A DNA stretch of 64,000 nucleotides from Angelvirus px29. Taxonomy: Duplodnaviria > Heunggongvirae > Uroviricota > Caudoviricetes > Straboviridae. The stretch covers positions 11,520 through 75,519 of the IMG/VR virus record IMGVR_UViG_2700988902_000001, one strand, 5' to 3'. Below the pieces are notes generated by a model that had not been told where the DNA came from, did no database searches, and was given only the letters and a program-made list of their open reading frames with translations. Position numbers and translations under genes: made by a program. Shown piece by piece: positions 63,968-64,000 of this stretch (positions are counted from its first letter, which is position 1; each line of letters opens with the position of its first letter).

Positions 63968-64000
63968 AGTTGAAACTGTGATGAAACTAACAGCAAATTG

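Noticed and set aside
1-64000. CRISPR arrays, tRNA/rRNA genes, IS elements, integrase/attachment sites
   Set aside because: No direct-repeat/spacer arrays, no cloverleaf-compatible 70-90 nt segments with conserved tRNA boxes in the gaps examined, and no transposase- or integrase-like ORFs. The only repeats are the promoter/leader cassettes, terminator hairpins and the two-copy structured element.

Overview
All recognisable genes in this 64 kb window lie on the minus strand. The window is a contiguous stretch of a T4-like (Straboviridae/Tevenvirinae-type) myovirus genome. Because there is no gene 42 or beta-gt between uvsX and gene 43, and because it carries a NadV nicotinamide phosphoribosyltransferase, it is most probably a KVP40-like ('schizo-T4') vibriophage or Aeromonas phage. 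Positions 1-22.3 kb hold the conserved replication/recombination/nucleotide-metabolism core: uvsX (partial), gp43 DNA polymerase, regA, gp62, gp44, gp45, gp46, gp47, gp55, the anaerobic RNR module (nrdD, nrdG, a GrcA/Y06I-like glycyl-radical spare part, two thioredoxin-fold proteins), and aerobic nrdB/nrdA. From 22.4 to 64 kb there is an accessory early region of about 90 small ORFs. Recognisable genes in it are endonuclease VII (gp49), a SprT-like protease, an SPFH/prohibitin protein, a hexapeptide-repeat acyltransferase, a HAD phosphatase, a beta-class N6-adenine MTase, an ABC-ATPase-GNAT fusion, an HD phosphohydrolase, NadV, an OMP-like beta-barrel protein, a Pol-beta nucleotidyltransferase, a PARP-like ADP-ribosyltransferase, and clusters of secreted proteins and tiny membrane proteins. 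Many sigma70-like early promoters (TTGACA-N16/17-TAATAT with a conserved leader) and many UUCG-tetraloop rho-independent terminators punctuate the region. The most unusual signals are: (i) a 29-31 codon type-IV-prepilin-like mini-ORF translationally coupled to its downstream gene; (ii) sliding-clamp-binding C-terminal tails (LTDLFGDF / LDFMFG) on two putative acyltransferases that sit near a DNA MTase and a HAD phosphatase; (iii) promoter-embedded inverted repeats whose arms covary; and (iv) a twice-repeated ~110 nt structured intergenic element with a covarying closing stem. Plus-strand ORFs in the track are shadow ORFs. Coordinates of hand-read motifs are approximate (a few nt). At one locus (36.2-36.4 kb) my reading of the text and the ORF track disagreed by 1-4 nt.
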